Positions 43,622 through 53,469 of a stretch of 64,000 nt of DNA are shown in pieces (within the stretch, counting starts at the first letter, position 1; every line of letters begins with the position of its first letter). Position numbers and translations under genes: made by a program. Source of the DNA: Collinsella sp. (GTDB lineage: Bacteria; Actinomycetota; Coriobacteriia; Coriobacteriales; Coriobacteriaceae); the NCBI GenBank assembly GCA_048343195.1, contig DBGDDN010000063.1, positions 65,142-129,141 of the forward strand. Reading direction: 5' to 3'. Below the pieces are notes generated by a model that worked only from the letters and a program-made list of their open reading frames with translations, did not search any database and was not told where the DNA came from.

Positions 43622-46336
43622 CTACTTCTTTTTCTTGGGCATCGAGACTTTGATGCCTTGGGCGGACTTGGTCACGCGAGAGCGCTTGGCTCCGGTACCT
43701 TTCTTTTTCTTGGGCTGAGCCTGGGCCACGCCCTCGAGTGCGCGGGCCTCGGCCTCGCGAACGGTGCGAGCTTCGCGGCGCTGCGCCATGTCGGCGGCGA
43801 CGCGCTTGGCAAAACGCTCCGCCGTCGAACCCGTCGAGCTCACCTTGCCGCCACCGCGACCCAAGCGGACGCGCACGCCGCGGCCAAAACCAGTTGCAGC
43901 ATGACGACGACGCGGCTTAAGCGAATCCATCATCGTAGCGAGCTTAAAGAACACCGAGCAGGTAATGACCACGATGACAGCCAAGATAACCATCTGGCCC
44001 ATCGTCAGATTGGCAATAGACAGCAGCTTTGGGAATCCGATAACGCCCGTCAGGATGCCGGCGACTACAAACACAAAGAGCACCACACGTAGGGGCGTGA
44101 GAGGCTGCGAGATGCGCCAGATCAGGCTGACGCTCGCCGCGCACGACGTAAGCAGGCACATCGTAGACAGCGTGAGCTGACTAAAGCCAAACACGCGCGC
44201 CACAAAGATATCGAGCGCCGCAGCCATAATGACCGCGAGCGACGCCGGCAGCGCACGCTTGAGCACGTTCGTCAGGAACGACCCCTTCACGCGAGCATTG
44301 TTGGGCTCCAGGCCCAACACAAAGCCCGGCGCGCCGATGCAGAAGAAGTTGATGAGCGTCATCTGAATCGGCTCGAAGGGGTACGGCGGCAGCGCGATGC
44401 ACAGCGCCGCCAGGCCCATCGAGAACAGCGTCTTGGTCAAAAACAGCGAGGCCGAACGCTGCAGGTTGTTGATGGAGCGACGGCCCTCGGCCACCACGGC
44501 GGGCATCGAGGCAAAGTCGTTGTCGACGAGCACGATCTCGGCCACGTTGCGCGCGGCATCGGAGCCGGCCGCCATGGCCACGGAGCAGTCGGCCTCCTTG
44601 AGCGCCAGCACGTCGTTGACGCCGTCGCCTGTCATGGCCACGGTGTGCTCGCGGCGCTTGAGCGCCTGCACGAGCTCACGCTTCTGCTGCGGGGTCACAC
44701 GACCAAAGACATGGTAGCGGTCCACTGCGGCATCGAGCTTGGCCGGCGTATCGAGCGTCGTGGCGTCCACATAAGCGTCCGCCCCTGGCACGCCCACCAC
44801 GCGCGCGATCGACGACACCGTACGCGGGTCGTCGCCACTGATCACGTTAAGGGTCACGCCCTGCTCGTTAAAGTAGCCGATGGTCTCGGCCGCCGAGGTA
44901 CGGATCTCGTCGCGGATGGTCACAAAGCCCACGGGCTCGGCCTCGCCTACCATATCGCCATCGGGCGTAAAGCCGTCTACGCTCGCCACCACGAGCACGC
45001 GGCAAGTATCGGCAAGCTCGGCGACACGGTTCTCGACCTGGGCAAACGCACGATCAGAGAGCACAAACTGCGCCGCACCCATTACATAGGAGCCCTGCAC
45101 AAACGACGCGCCGCTCCACTTTTTGGAGGACGAGAACGGAATGACCGACAGCGGCTCGGACACCTCGACCGGGCGATCGGCGTAATAGTTGAGCAGTGCT
45201 TGGCAGGTCTCGTTGGCATCGGCCGAGGTCGCACGTGCGACGTTAGCCAGCGCAAAATCGAGCACCGTGGTATCGACGGGAACGGCGGCGTCGCCCTCCC
45301 CCGCACCCATACCCTCGACCGGCAGCGGATACGTGCCCTCGACCTCCATGCGACCCGACGTGATGGTGCCCGTCTTGTCCAGGCACAGCACGTCGACGCG
45401 CGCGAGCGTCTCGATGCAGTAGAGCTGCTGCGCCAGCACCTTGCGGCGGGCCAGGCGCACCGTGGCGATGGCGAGCACCGACGAGGTCAGCAGCACCAGG
45501 CCTTGCGGGATCATGCCCAGCAGGGCGCCCACCGTGGACAGCAGCGCCGACGAAGGCACATGACCAGCCAACAGCTCGGAGAAGCACCACGAAAGCGCGC
45601 TATCGCCCGGAGTTCCCGCGGCATCCCACAGCTCGCTCACACTCGAGGCAAACAACGCCAGACCGAGCGGGATCATGATGATGCTCGCAAAGCGCACGAT
45701 GGCGTTAAGCGCGTTCATGATCTCGGAATTGACCTTTTTGACGTACTTGGCCTCGTTATTAATTTTGGCTACGTAGTTGTCGACGCCGACATGGATCACG
45801 CGGGCGCGCAGCAGGCCCGAGTCGATAAAGCTGCCGCTCATGAGCTCGGAACCGGGCTGTTTCTTAATAAGGTCGCTCTCGCCCGTCAGCAGGCTCTCGT
45901 TCACGAGCGCCTCGCCCGAAACCACCACGGCGTCAGCGGGAATCTGGTCGCCGCGCCCCAGGCGGATGATGTCGTCGAGCACGATCTGATCCAGGTCGAG
46001 CTCCACCTCGGAGCCGTCGCGCACCGCGATGGCCTTCTTGGAGGTCAGCAGCGTGAGCTTATCGACCATCTTCTTGGAACGCATGGACTGAATGACGCCA
46101 ATAGCGGTATTGAGGAACACCACGAACAGGAACGTCAGATTCTTAAACGAACCGGTCAAAATGACCAGGAACGCCAAGATCACGTTGATCAAATTGAACA
46201 GCGTGCAGAGGTTCTCGATGATGAGCTCTTTGACCGACTTGGTCTTGAGCTCCATGTTGCGGTTGATCTTACCGGCGGCGATGCGCTCCTCGACCTCGGC
46301 GGTCGAAAGTCCGCGCTCGATATCCGTTGCTGCCAT
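43622..46336 (-). CDS. P-type cation-translocating ATPase (CtpE-like)
   Basis: LTGES, DKTGT, ISGD, TGDGVNDV. Confidence 0.94.
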   Translation of the reverse strand: MAATDIERGLSTAEVEERIAAGKINRNMELKTKSVKELIIENLCTLFNLINVILAFLVILTGSFKNLTFLFVVFLNTAIGVIQSMRSKKMVDKLTLLTSKKAIAVRDGSEVELDLDQIVLDDIIRLGRGDQIPADAVVVSGEALVNESLLTGESDLIKKQPGSELMSGSFIDSGLLRARVIHVGVDNYVAKINNEAKYVKKVNSEIMNALNAIVRFASIIMIPLGLALFASSVSELWDAAGTPGDSALSWCFSELLAGHVPSSALLSTVGALLGMIPQGLVLLTSSVLAIATVRLARRKVLAQQLYCIETLARVDVLCLDKTGTITSGRMEVEGTYPLPVEGMGAGEGDAAVPVDTTVLDFALANVARATSADANETCQALLNYYADRPVEVSEPLSVIPFSSSKKWSGASFVQGSYVMGAAQFVLSDRAFAQVENRVAELADTCRVLVVASVDGFTPDGDMVGEAEPVGFVTIRDEIRTSAAETIGYFNEQGVTLNVISGDDPRTVSSIARVVGVPGADAYVDATTLDTPAKLDAAVDRYHVFGRVTPQQKRELVQALKRREHTVAMTGDGVNDVLALKEADCSVAMAAGSDAARNVAEIVLVDNDFASMPAVVAEGRRSINNLQRSASLFLTKTLFSMGLAALCIALPPYPFEPIQMTLINFFCIGAPGFVLGLEPNNARVKGSFLTNVLKRALPASLAVIMAAALDIFVARVFGFSQLTLSTMCLLTSCAASVSLIWRISQPLTPLRVVLFVFVVAGILTGVIGFPKLLSIANLTMGQMVILAVIVVITCSVFFKLATMMDSLKPRRRHAATGFGRGVRVRLGRGGGKVSSTGSTAERFAKRVAADMAQRREARTVREAEARALEGVAQAQPKKKKGTGAKRSRVTKSAQGIKVSMPKKKK

Positions 46337-46412
46337 ACCACGTCCCATCACGTCGCGTCGGTATAAGAAAAACCGCCCGGACCATGCGAGGTTCGGACGG
46401 TCTTACGTTCGA

Positions 46413-46489
46413 TGGTGCCCCATGTTGGATTCGAACCAACGGCCTTCTGCTCCGGAGGCAGACGCTCTAATCCCCTGAGCTAATAGGGC
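46413..46489 (-). tRNA. tRNA-Arg(CCG)
   Basis: 77-nt cloverleaf GCCCTAT...GGTTCGAATCC...ATGGGGC-ACCA, anticodon loop CT-CCG-GA. Confidence 0.96.
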
Positions 46490-46692
46490 CAACGTTTGGC
46501 ATTATACCCAAGTGCGCCACGGGCTATCAAAAAAAAGAAAAAGCTTTGCAATTCCGAGGAAGACGCGGCGCAACGTCCCACTTTAGAAGGCAAAAGCGAG
46601 TCAGATAGTATAAACTCTCATGCACCATATATACACGGCTCGCGATGCGGGCCGTTTTTGCAAAAGTTATCCATCGAGGTGAGAGGCACACC

Positions 46693-47715
46693 ATGATTGC
46701 AATTCTAAAGCAGAGCGCCAGCGACGAGGCCGTCAGCCATATCGTCAGCTGGATTGAGAAAAAAGGCCTGAAGACCGACGTCTCGCGCGGCGAGAACGAG
46801 ACGATCATCGGCCTGGTGGGCGATACGACCAAGATCGACCCGTTCCTGCTCGAGTCTATGGATGTCGTCGAGCGCGTGCAGCGCGTCTCCGAGCCTTTTA
46901 AGCGTGCCAACCGCAAATTCCACCCCGAGGATTCCGTCATCGACTGCGGCCACGGCGTCAAGATCGGCGGCGACCAGTTCCAGGTCATCGCCGGTCCCTG
47001 CTCCGTCGAGGGCGAGAACCTCATCCGCATCGCACGCCGCGTGAAGGCCGCCGGCGCCACGATGCTGCGCGGTGGCGCCTACAAGCCCCGCACCTCCCCC
47101 TACGCCTACCAGGGCATGGGCCCCGCCGGCCTCGACCTGCTGTGCGAGGCGTCTGCCGAGCTCGACATGCCGATCGTCACCGAGATCATGGACCCACGCG
47201 ACGTACAGGTCTTCTTGGACAAGAAGATTGACGTCATGCAGATCGGCGCCCGCAACGCCCAGAATTTCCCCCTGCTCAAGGAGGTCGGCAAGACCCAGAC
47301 TCCGATTTTGCTTAAGCGCGGCATGTCCGGCACGATCGACGAGCTGCTCATGGCCGCCGAGTACATCATGAGCGAGGGCAACGACAACGTCATCCTGTGC
47401 GAGCGCGGTATCCGCACCTTCGAGACCCGCACCCGCAACACCTTCGACCTCAACGCCGTGCCGGTGCTGCACCACCTGTCGCACCTGCCCGTCGTCGCCG
47501 ACCCCAGCCACGCCACCGGCTACACCCGCTACGTTGAGCCCATGGCGCTCGCTGCGACCGCCTGCGGTGCCAACGGCCTGGAGATCGAGGTCCACGACGA
47601 GCCGAGCCGCGCCTGGTCCGACGGCGCCCAGGCCCTCACCCCCGATCAGTTCGACGACACCATGCGCCGCATCCGAGCCATCCGCGAGGTTGTCTGCCAA
47701 GAGACCATGGAGTAG
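46693..47715 (+). CDS. aroF: DAHP synthase type Ibeta with N-terminal ACT-like domain
   Basis: IAGPCSVE, GAYKPRTSPY, QIGARN, LCERGIRTF, DPSH. Confidence 0.96.
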   Translation: MIAILKQSASDEAVSHIVSWIEKKGLKTDVSRGENETIIGLVGDTTKIDPFLLESMDVVERVQRVSEPFKRANRKFHPEDSVIDCGHGVKIGGDQFQVIAGPCSVEGENLIRIARRVKAAGATMLRGGAYKPRTSPYAYQGMGPAGLDLLCEASAELDMPIVTEIMDPRDVQVFLDKKIDVMQIGARNAQNFPLLKEVGKTQTPILLKRGMSGTIDELLMAAEYIMSEGNDNVILCERGIRTFETRTRNTFDLNAVPVLHHLSHLPVVADPSHATGYTRYVEPMALAATACGANGLEIEVHDEPSRAWSDGAQALTPDQFDDTMRRIRAIREVVCQETME

Positions 47716-47717
47716 CC

Positions 47718-48632
47718 ATGGGTACGGTGAGAAACGCGCGCGTTAACCAGGGCGGCCCCAAGTGCGCCGGCATCGTCGGCCTTGGCCTCATCGGCGGCAG
47801 CTTTGCCCGCGGCTATGCACAGGCAGGCGTCCGCGTGCTGGCCTGGGACCCCGATGACGATGTCATGACGGCCGCCAGCATGGGCACTGTCGCCGGAGAG
47901 CTCAACGATAAGACACTCGGCGAATGCGACATCATCGTCCTGGCCTGCTATCCCGAGGCATGCATCGAGTGGCTCGAGGCGCACGCCCAGGCGCTCGCCG
48001 ACGCCACCGACACCGACGCCATCATGGGCCCCGTGGTGATCGACACGGTGGGCGTCAAAGGCATCGTGTGCGAGCGCGCCTTTGAGCTTGCCCGCGAGCA
48101 CGGCTTTTACTTTGTGGGCGCGCACCCCATGGCAGGCACGCAGTACTCGGGCTATGCGCACTCCCGTGCCGACCTGTTCCAGGGCGCCCCGCTGGTGCTC
48201 GTACCGCCCGCGGTGGACGATGCGCTCAAGCTGGAGCTTTTGGGCCAGGTGCGCGAGATGGTGCGCCCCTTGGGCTTTGGCAAGTTCAGCGTGACAAGCG
48301 CCGCCGAGCACGACCGCGTCATCGCCTTCACGAGCCAGCTTGCGCACGTGGTGTCCAACGCCTACGTCAAAAGCCCGACCGCCCAGGTCCACCACGGTTT
48401 TTCGGCCGGTAGCTACCGCGATCTCACCCGCGTGGCGCACCTCAATCCTCAGATGTGGTCCGAGCTTATGATCGACGACGCCGATGCGCTCGCCTTCGAG
48501 ATTGACCATCTGATCGAGTCGCTTGGCGCCTACAGCCGTGCGCTCAAGGACCGCGACCAGCGCTATCTGGAGAATCTCCTTGCCGAGGGCGACCGCATTA
48601 AGCGCGCGCTCGACGACGAGGCCTCCCACTAG
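47718..48632 (+). CDS. tyrA: Prephenate dehydrogenase
   Basis: GLGLIGGS, HPMAG, EHDRVIAFTSQLAH, RDLTRVA. Confidence 0.94.
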   Translation: MGTVRNARVNQGGPKCAGIVGLGLIGGSFARGYAQAGVRVLAWDPDDDVMTAASMGTVAGELNDKTLGECDIIVLACYPEACIEWLEAHAQALADATDTDAIMGPVVIDTVGVKGIVCERAFELAREHGFYFVGAHPMAGTQYSGYAHSRADLFQGAPLVLVPPAVDDALKLELLGQVREMVRPLGFGKFSVTSAAEHDRVIAFTSQLAHVVSNAYVKSPTAQVHHGFSAGSYRDLTRVAHLNPQMWSELMIDDADALAFEIDHLIESLGAYSRALKDRDQRYLENLLAEGDRIKRALDDEASH

Positions 48633-48668
48633 ACCACCTATCACGCCAGGTCGAAAGGACCGAAACTT

Positions 48669-49775
48669 ATGGCGATTACCATCGATATCGACACTGCGCG
48701 CCCCTACCAGGTGCATGTTGGAACGTTTTTGCTGGAGCAGGCGGGACCGCTCGTGCGCGCCACTGCCGGCGGCGCCAAGGCCGTCATCGTGACGGACACC
48801 AACGTGGGGGCGCTCTACCAGATGCCCGTTAAGCAGAGCCTGGAGGCGTCAGGCTACGAGGTGAGCATCTGCACCTTCGAGGCCGGCGAGGCCCATAAGC
48901 GCGCCGAAACCTATGTTGCCATTTTGGAGTTTGTGGCCGAGCACGAGCTTTCGCGCTCCGACGTGATCGTGGCACTCGGCGGCGGCGTCGTGGGCGACGT
49001 GGCGGGCTTTGTGGCCGCCACCTACATGCGCGGCTGCAAGTTTGCGCAGATCCCGACGAGCCTGCTCGCCATGGTGGATTCGTCTGTGGGCGGCAAGACC
49101 GCCATCGACCTGGCTGCCGGCAAGAACTTGGCCGGCGCCTTTTGGCAGCCGAGCGTGGTTATCGCCGACGTGGGATGCCTGGCCACCCTCACGCCCGAGC
49201 AGTTCGCCGACGGCTGCGGCGAGGTCGTCAAGCACGCCGTGATCGCCGACCCAGAGCTTTTCGCCGAGCTGGAGAAGACCCCGCTCACGCTGGAGCTGCT
49301 CAACCGCGATGTGGCCCGCGTAGCGCTCATCATCGCCCGCAATATCGACATCAAGCGCGCCGTGGTCGTCGCCGACGAGCGCGAGACCAACCAGCGCAAG
49401 CTCCTCAACTTTGGACACAGCGCCGGACACGCCGTCGAGGCCTGCGAGCACTTTGAGCTCGGACACGGCAACTGCGTGTCGATCGGCATGGGCATCATCA
49501 CGCGCGCCGCGGCTCTGCACGGCGTCTGCGATGCTGCACTGCCCGGTCGTATTGAGGAACTCTGCGCCCGCCATGGCCTCAAGACCCGCTGCGACCTAGA
49601 TGCCGATGCCGTTTTTGCCGAGGCGCTCCACGACAAGAAGCGCGCGGGCGACACCATCGACCTGGTGATTCCGCACGGCATTGGCCGCTGCAGCATCGAC
49701 CGCACGCCGCTTTCCACTTTCCACGAACTCATTGCCGAGGGCCTCGGCCAGAAGGGAGACGCATCCGCATGCTAG
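48669..49775 (+). CDS. aroB: 3-dehydroquinate synthase
   Basis: LGGGVVGD, PTSLLAMVDSSVGGKT, LNFGH. Confidence 0.97.
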   Translation: MAITIDIDTARPYQVHVGTFLLEQAGPLVRATAGGAKAVIVTDTNVGALYQMPVKQSLEASGYEVSICTFEAGEAHKRAETYVAILEFVAEHELSRSDVIVALGGGVVGDVAGFVAATYMRGCKFAQIPTSLLAMVDSSVGGKTAIDLAAGKNLAGAFWQPSVVIADVGCLATLTPEQFADGCGEVVKHAVIADPELFAELEKTPLTLELLNRDVARVALIIARNIDIKRAVVVADERETNQRKLLNFGHSAGHAVEACEHFELGHGNCVSIGMGIITRAAALHGVCDAALPGRIEELCARHGLKTRCDLDADAVFAEALHDKKRAGDTIDLVIPHGIGRCSIDRTPLSTFHELIAEGLGQKGDASAC

Positions 49776-51088
49776 CCCGCATCACCCCGTCCCCACTCAA
49801 GGGCACCGTTCCCGCTATCGCGTCCAAGTCGATGGCACATCGCCTGATCATCTGCGCTGCGCTTGCCAACGGCGAGACGCACGTCACCTGCAACACCACC
49901 TGCGCCGACATCGAGGCCACGGTGCGTTGCCTTACGGCCCTGGGCGCCCGCATCGAGACCGTCGAGGACGGCTTCCAGGTTCACCCCACCATGAAGAGTG
50001 TCGAGTTTGGCCTGCTCAAGGCCCTTGCCGGCGGCACACTCGACTGCGGCGAGAGCGGCTCCACGCTGCGCTTTATGCTGCCTGTCGCCTGCGCGCTGGG
50101 TGCCGAGGCCACCTTCGTGGGCCAGGGCCGCCTGGGCGCCCGCCCGCTCTCCCCGCTCTCGAATGAGATCATCGCCGCCGGTTGCGACCTGCAGGGCCTG
50201 GGCGGTTTTCCGCTCAAGACGAGCGGACGCATGCGCCCGGGCACCTTTGTGCTGCCGGGCAACGTAAGCTCGCAGTACATCTCGGGTCTGCTGCTGGCAG
50301 CCCCGTTGCTCGCCCAGCCCTCCTGCGTGCAGGTGACCGGCCTCATCGAGAGCCGCCCCTACATCAACCTGACGATCCAGGCAATGAAGGCCTTTGGCGT
50401 CGAGGTCAACGTCGAGCGTATTCCGGCCAAGGACGGCCAGCCCGAGGTCACGAACTTCCGCGTAAGCAGCGGCTCGTACCGCACGCCCGGCAGCGTAGCC
50501 GTCGAGGGCGACTGGTCCAACGCCGCCTTTTGGCTGTGCGCCGGCGCCATCGGCTCCGACCCCATCACCGTGGAGGGTGTGTCGCTGAGCTCCGCACAGG
50601 GCGACCGCAACGTGCTTGCTGCGCTTTCGCGCTTTGGCGCCCGCATCGTGCGCTCCACCAACGCCGCCACCGTGCAGTCCGACAAGCTCGCCGGCTTTGA
50701 GATGAGTGCCCACGACATTCCCGACCTGGTACCCGTTATCTCGGCCGTGGCCTCGCTGGCACAGGGCCGCACCTTTATCCGCGATTGCGCCCGTCTGCGT
50801 ATCAAAGAATCCGACCGCCTGGTCACCACCACCCGCGAGCTCACCGCGCTGGGCGCGCAGGTGCGCATTGCCGGCGATGACCTCATCATCAAGGGTGTCG
50901 ATGCCTTTACCGGCGGCGAGGTCGATTCGCACAACGACCATCGCATCGCCATGATGGCCGCCATCGCCGCAAGCCGTGCCACCGGCGAGGTCGTGATCCA
51001 CGGCGCCGAGGCCGTCAACAAGTCCTATCCCGATTTCTTCGACCACTACCGCCTGCTGGGCGGCAAGGTCACACTCGAGGAGGAATAG
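49769..51088 (+). CDS. aroA: EPSP synthase
   Basis: SKSMAHR, ESGSTLRF, SSQYISGLL, EGDWS, LRIKESDR, DHRIAM. Confidence 0.97.
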   Translation: MLARITPSPLKGTVPAIASKSMAHRLIICAALANGETHVTCNTTCADIEATVRCLTALGARIETVEDGFQVHPTMKSVEFGLLKALAGGTLDCGESGSTLRFMLPVACALGAEATFVGQGRLGARPLSPLSNEIIAAGCDLQGLGGFPLKTSGRMRPGTFVLPGNVSSQYISGLLLAAPLLAQPSCVQVTGLIESRPYINLTIQAMKAFGVEVNVERIPAKDGQPEVTNFRVSSGSYRTPGSVAVEGDWSNAAFWLCAGAIGSDPITVEGVSLSSAQGDRNVLAALSRFGARIVRSTNAATVQSDKLAGFEMSAHDIPDLVPVISAVASLAQGRTFIRDCARLRIKESDRLVTTTRELTALGAQVRIAGDDLIIKGVDAFTGGEVDSHNDHRIAMMAAIAASRATGEVVIHGAEAVNKSYPDFFDHYRLLGGKVTLEEE

Positions 51089-51089
51089 C

Positions 51090-52187
51090 ATGTCCTCGAC
51101 CTTTGGCAACGTCTTGCACTTAAGCATCTTCGGCCAGTCGCACTCCCCCGCTATCGGCTGCTCGCTCGATGGCATTCCGGCGGGCATCGCCGTGGACCAG
51201 GAGAAGCTGCAGGCCTTCCTCGACCGTCGCGCTCCCGGTCGCGACGAGACCGCGACCAAACGCCGCGAGGCCGACGCCGCCCACATCATCGCCGGTGTTG
51301 TCGATGGACATACCACCGGCGCGCCCATCGCCGCGATTATCGAGAACACCAACACGCGCTCCAAGGATTACTCCGAGCTGCGCCGCAAGCCCCGCCCTGG
51401 GCACGCAGACTTTCCGGCGCGTGTGAAGTACCACAACATGCACGACGTCGCCGGCGGCGGGCACTTCTCCGGCCGTCTGACGGCCCCTCTATGCATCGCC
51501 GGCGGGATCGCGCTGCAGGCGCTCGAGGCCCGCGGCATTCAGGTCATGGCGCACGTCGCGCAGATCGGCGGCATCTCCGACCTGCCGATGGACGATATGG
51601 TCTATCGTGAGGCCGACCGCAAGGCGATCCTTACGAACGATCTGCCGTGCATTGACGCCGCCGCAGCCGGCCGCATGCGCGAGGAGATCCTGGCCGCGCG
51701 CGACGAACTCGACAGCATCGGCGGCATCGTGGAGTGCGGCATTTACGGGCTTCCCGCGGGCATCGGTGACCCCATGTTCGACGGCATCGAGAACCGCATC
51801 GCGCAAATCGCGTTTGGCATTCCCGCCGTAAAGGGCGTGGAGTTTGGCATGGGCTTTGCCGTGGCCGCCATGCGCGGCAGCGAGAACAACGACCCGTATC
51901 GCATCGACGCCGAGACCGGCGGGATTGCGGTCGAGTCCAACAATGCCGGCGGCATCCTGGGCGGCATCTCCACCGGCGCGCCCGTCATGTGGCGCATGGC
52001 CGTAAAGCCGACGCCCTCCATTGGCCGCGAGCAGCAGACGGTGGACATGGACGCTATGGAAAATGCCGAGCTCTCGGTGCACGGCCGTCACGACCCCTGC
52101 ATCGTCCCGCGCGCCGTCCCCGTTGCCGAAGCAGCCGCTGCCCTCGCGATTTGGGACGCCCTCCTAGAGGACGCCGCCCAGCTCTAA
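51090..52187 (+). CDS. aroC: Chorismate synthase
   Basis: RPGHAD, GGGHFSGR, NNAGGILGGIS, KPTPSI, GRHDPC. Confidence 0.97.
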   Translation: MSSTFGNVLHLSIFGQSHSPAIGCSLDGIPAGIAVDQEKLQAFLDRRAPGRDETATKRREADAAHIIAGVVDGHTTGAPIAAIIENTNTRSKDYSELRRKPRPGHADFPARVKYHNMHDVAGGGHFSGRLTAPLCIAGGIALQALEARGIQVMAHVAQIGGISDLPMDDMVYREADRKAILTNDLPCIDAAAAGRMREEILAARDELDSIGGIVECGIYGLPAGIGDPMFDGIENRIAQIAFGIPAVKGVEFGMGFAVAAMRGSENNDPYRIDAETGGIAVESNNAGGILGGISTGAPVMWRMAVKPTPSIGREQQTVDMDAMENAELSVHGRHDPCIVPRAVPVAEAAAALAIWDALLEDAAQL

Positions 52188-52226
52188 AAATCTCTGGGGG
52201 CCAACTCCGGCCCCCACGCCCACCCA

Positions 52227-52302
52227 GTGATTTTTCTGGGACGGGGATTAAAAAGTCATTAGTTACACAATGATTTTTTAATCCCCGTCCCAGAAAAATC
52301 AC
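52227..52302. repeat. Long palindrome (34-bp arms, 1 mismatch, 8-nt spacer), REP/REPIN-like
   Basis: GTGATTTTTCTGGGACGGGGATTAAAAAGTCATT-AGTTACAC-AATGATTTTTTAATCCCCGTCCCAGAAAAATCAC. Confidence 0.85.
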
Positions 52303-52323
52303 CGACACGTGAAAGGGGTCCCT

Positions 52324-53469
52324 ATGGACCTTGCTGACATCCGCCAGGCCATCGATGGCATCGACACCACGCTCCTCAACAGCTTTGTCGAGCGTATGGA
52401 CATTGCCACCGAGGTCGCCAAATCAAAGATCGAGATGGGCAAGGCCGTCTTTGACCCCGCCCGCGAGCGCTCAAAACTCAACAACCTCGCCAGCCGCGCG
52501 CCCGAGCGCTACGAGGCGCAGACCATCACCCTGTTCCGTCTCCTCATGAGCATGAGCAAAGCCGAGCAGCAGCGCTACATCAACGAGCTCAAGGGCATCA
52601 CCGTCTCGCAAAAGGCCCACGCCACGGCTGCAGCCTCCGACACGCCCTTCCCTCAAACGGCCACCGTTGCCTGCCAGGGCGTAGAAGGTGCCTATAGCCA
52701 GATAGCCGCGTGCAAGCTCTTCGACGTGCCCGATATCGCGTTTTTCGAGACCTTCGAAGGCGTTATGCGCGCTGTGCGCGACGGCTTCTGCGAGTTTGGC
52801 GTGTTGCCCATCGAAAACTCAACTGCCGGATCGGTCAACGCCGTCTACGACCTGCTCGCCCAGTTCGATTTCCACATCGTGCGCTCGCTGCGCCTCAAGA
52901 TCGACCACAATCTGCTCGTCAAACCCGGCACCAAGCTCGCGGACATACGCGAGGTCTACAGCCACGGTCAGGCCATCGCGCAGTGCGCTAGCTTTATCGA
53001 GGCGCACGGCCTGCACGCTACCAAATACCCAAACACGGCCATGTCGGCCGAGATGGTCGCCAACTCCGAGCGCACCGACGTCGCCGCCATCGCCTCGCGC
53101 AGCTGCGCGGCACTCTATGGCCTGGAGGTGCTGGAGCCCAACATCCAGGACTCGGACAACAACTACACGCGCTTTGTCGTCATCAGCCGCGAGCCGCGCG
53201 TCTACCCCGGCGCCAACCGTACCTCGCTTATGATCACCACGGCCAACGAGCCGGGCGCCCTCTATCGCGTGCTCGAGCGCTTCTATGCGCTCAACATTAA
53301 CCTCATCAAGCTCGAGAGCCGCCCCATCCCCGGGCACGACTTTGAGTTTATGTTCTACTTTGACTTGGACTGCCCCTTTGGCAGCAAGGCCCTCGACGAC
53401 CTGCTCGACTCGATCGACGACGTATGCGAGAGCTTCACCTACTTTGGCAGCTACACGGAGGTGCTCTAG
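52324..53469 (+). CDS. pheA: Bifunctional chorismate mutase / prephenate dehydratase
   Basis: N-terminal CM2 (IRQAIDGID), LPIENSTAGSV, NYTRF, LESRP ACT domain. Confidence 0.95.
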   Translation: MDLADIRQAIDGIDTTLLNSFVERMDIATEVAKSKIEMGKAVFDPARERSKLNNLASRAPERYEAQTITLFRLLMSMSKAEQQRYINELKGITVSQKAHATAAASDTPFPQTATVACQGVEGAYSQIAACKLFDVPDIAFFETFEGVMRAVRDGFCEFGVLPIENSTAGSVNAVYDLLAQFDFHIVRSLRLKIDHNLLVKPGTKLADIREVYSHGQAIAQCASFIEAHGLHATKYPNTAMSAEMVANSERTDVAAIASRSCAALYGLEVLEPNIQDSDNNYTRFVVISREPRVYPGANRTSLMITTANEPGALYRVLERFYALNINLIKLESRPIPGHDFEFMFYFDLDCPFGSKALDDLLDSIDDVCESFTYFGSYTEVL

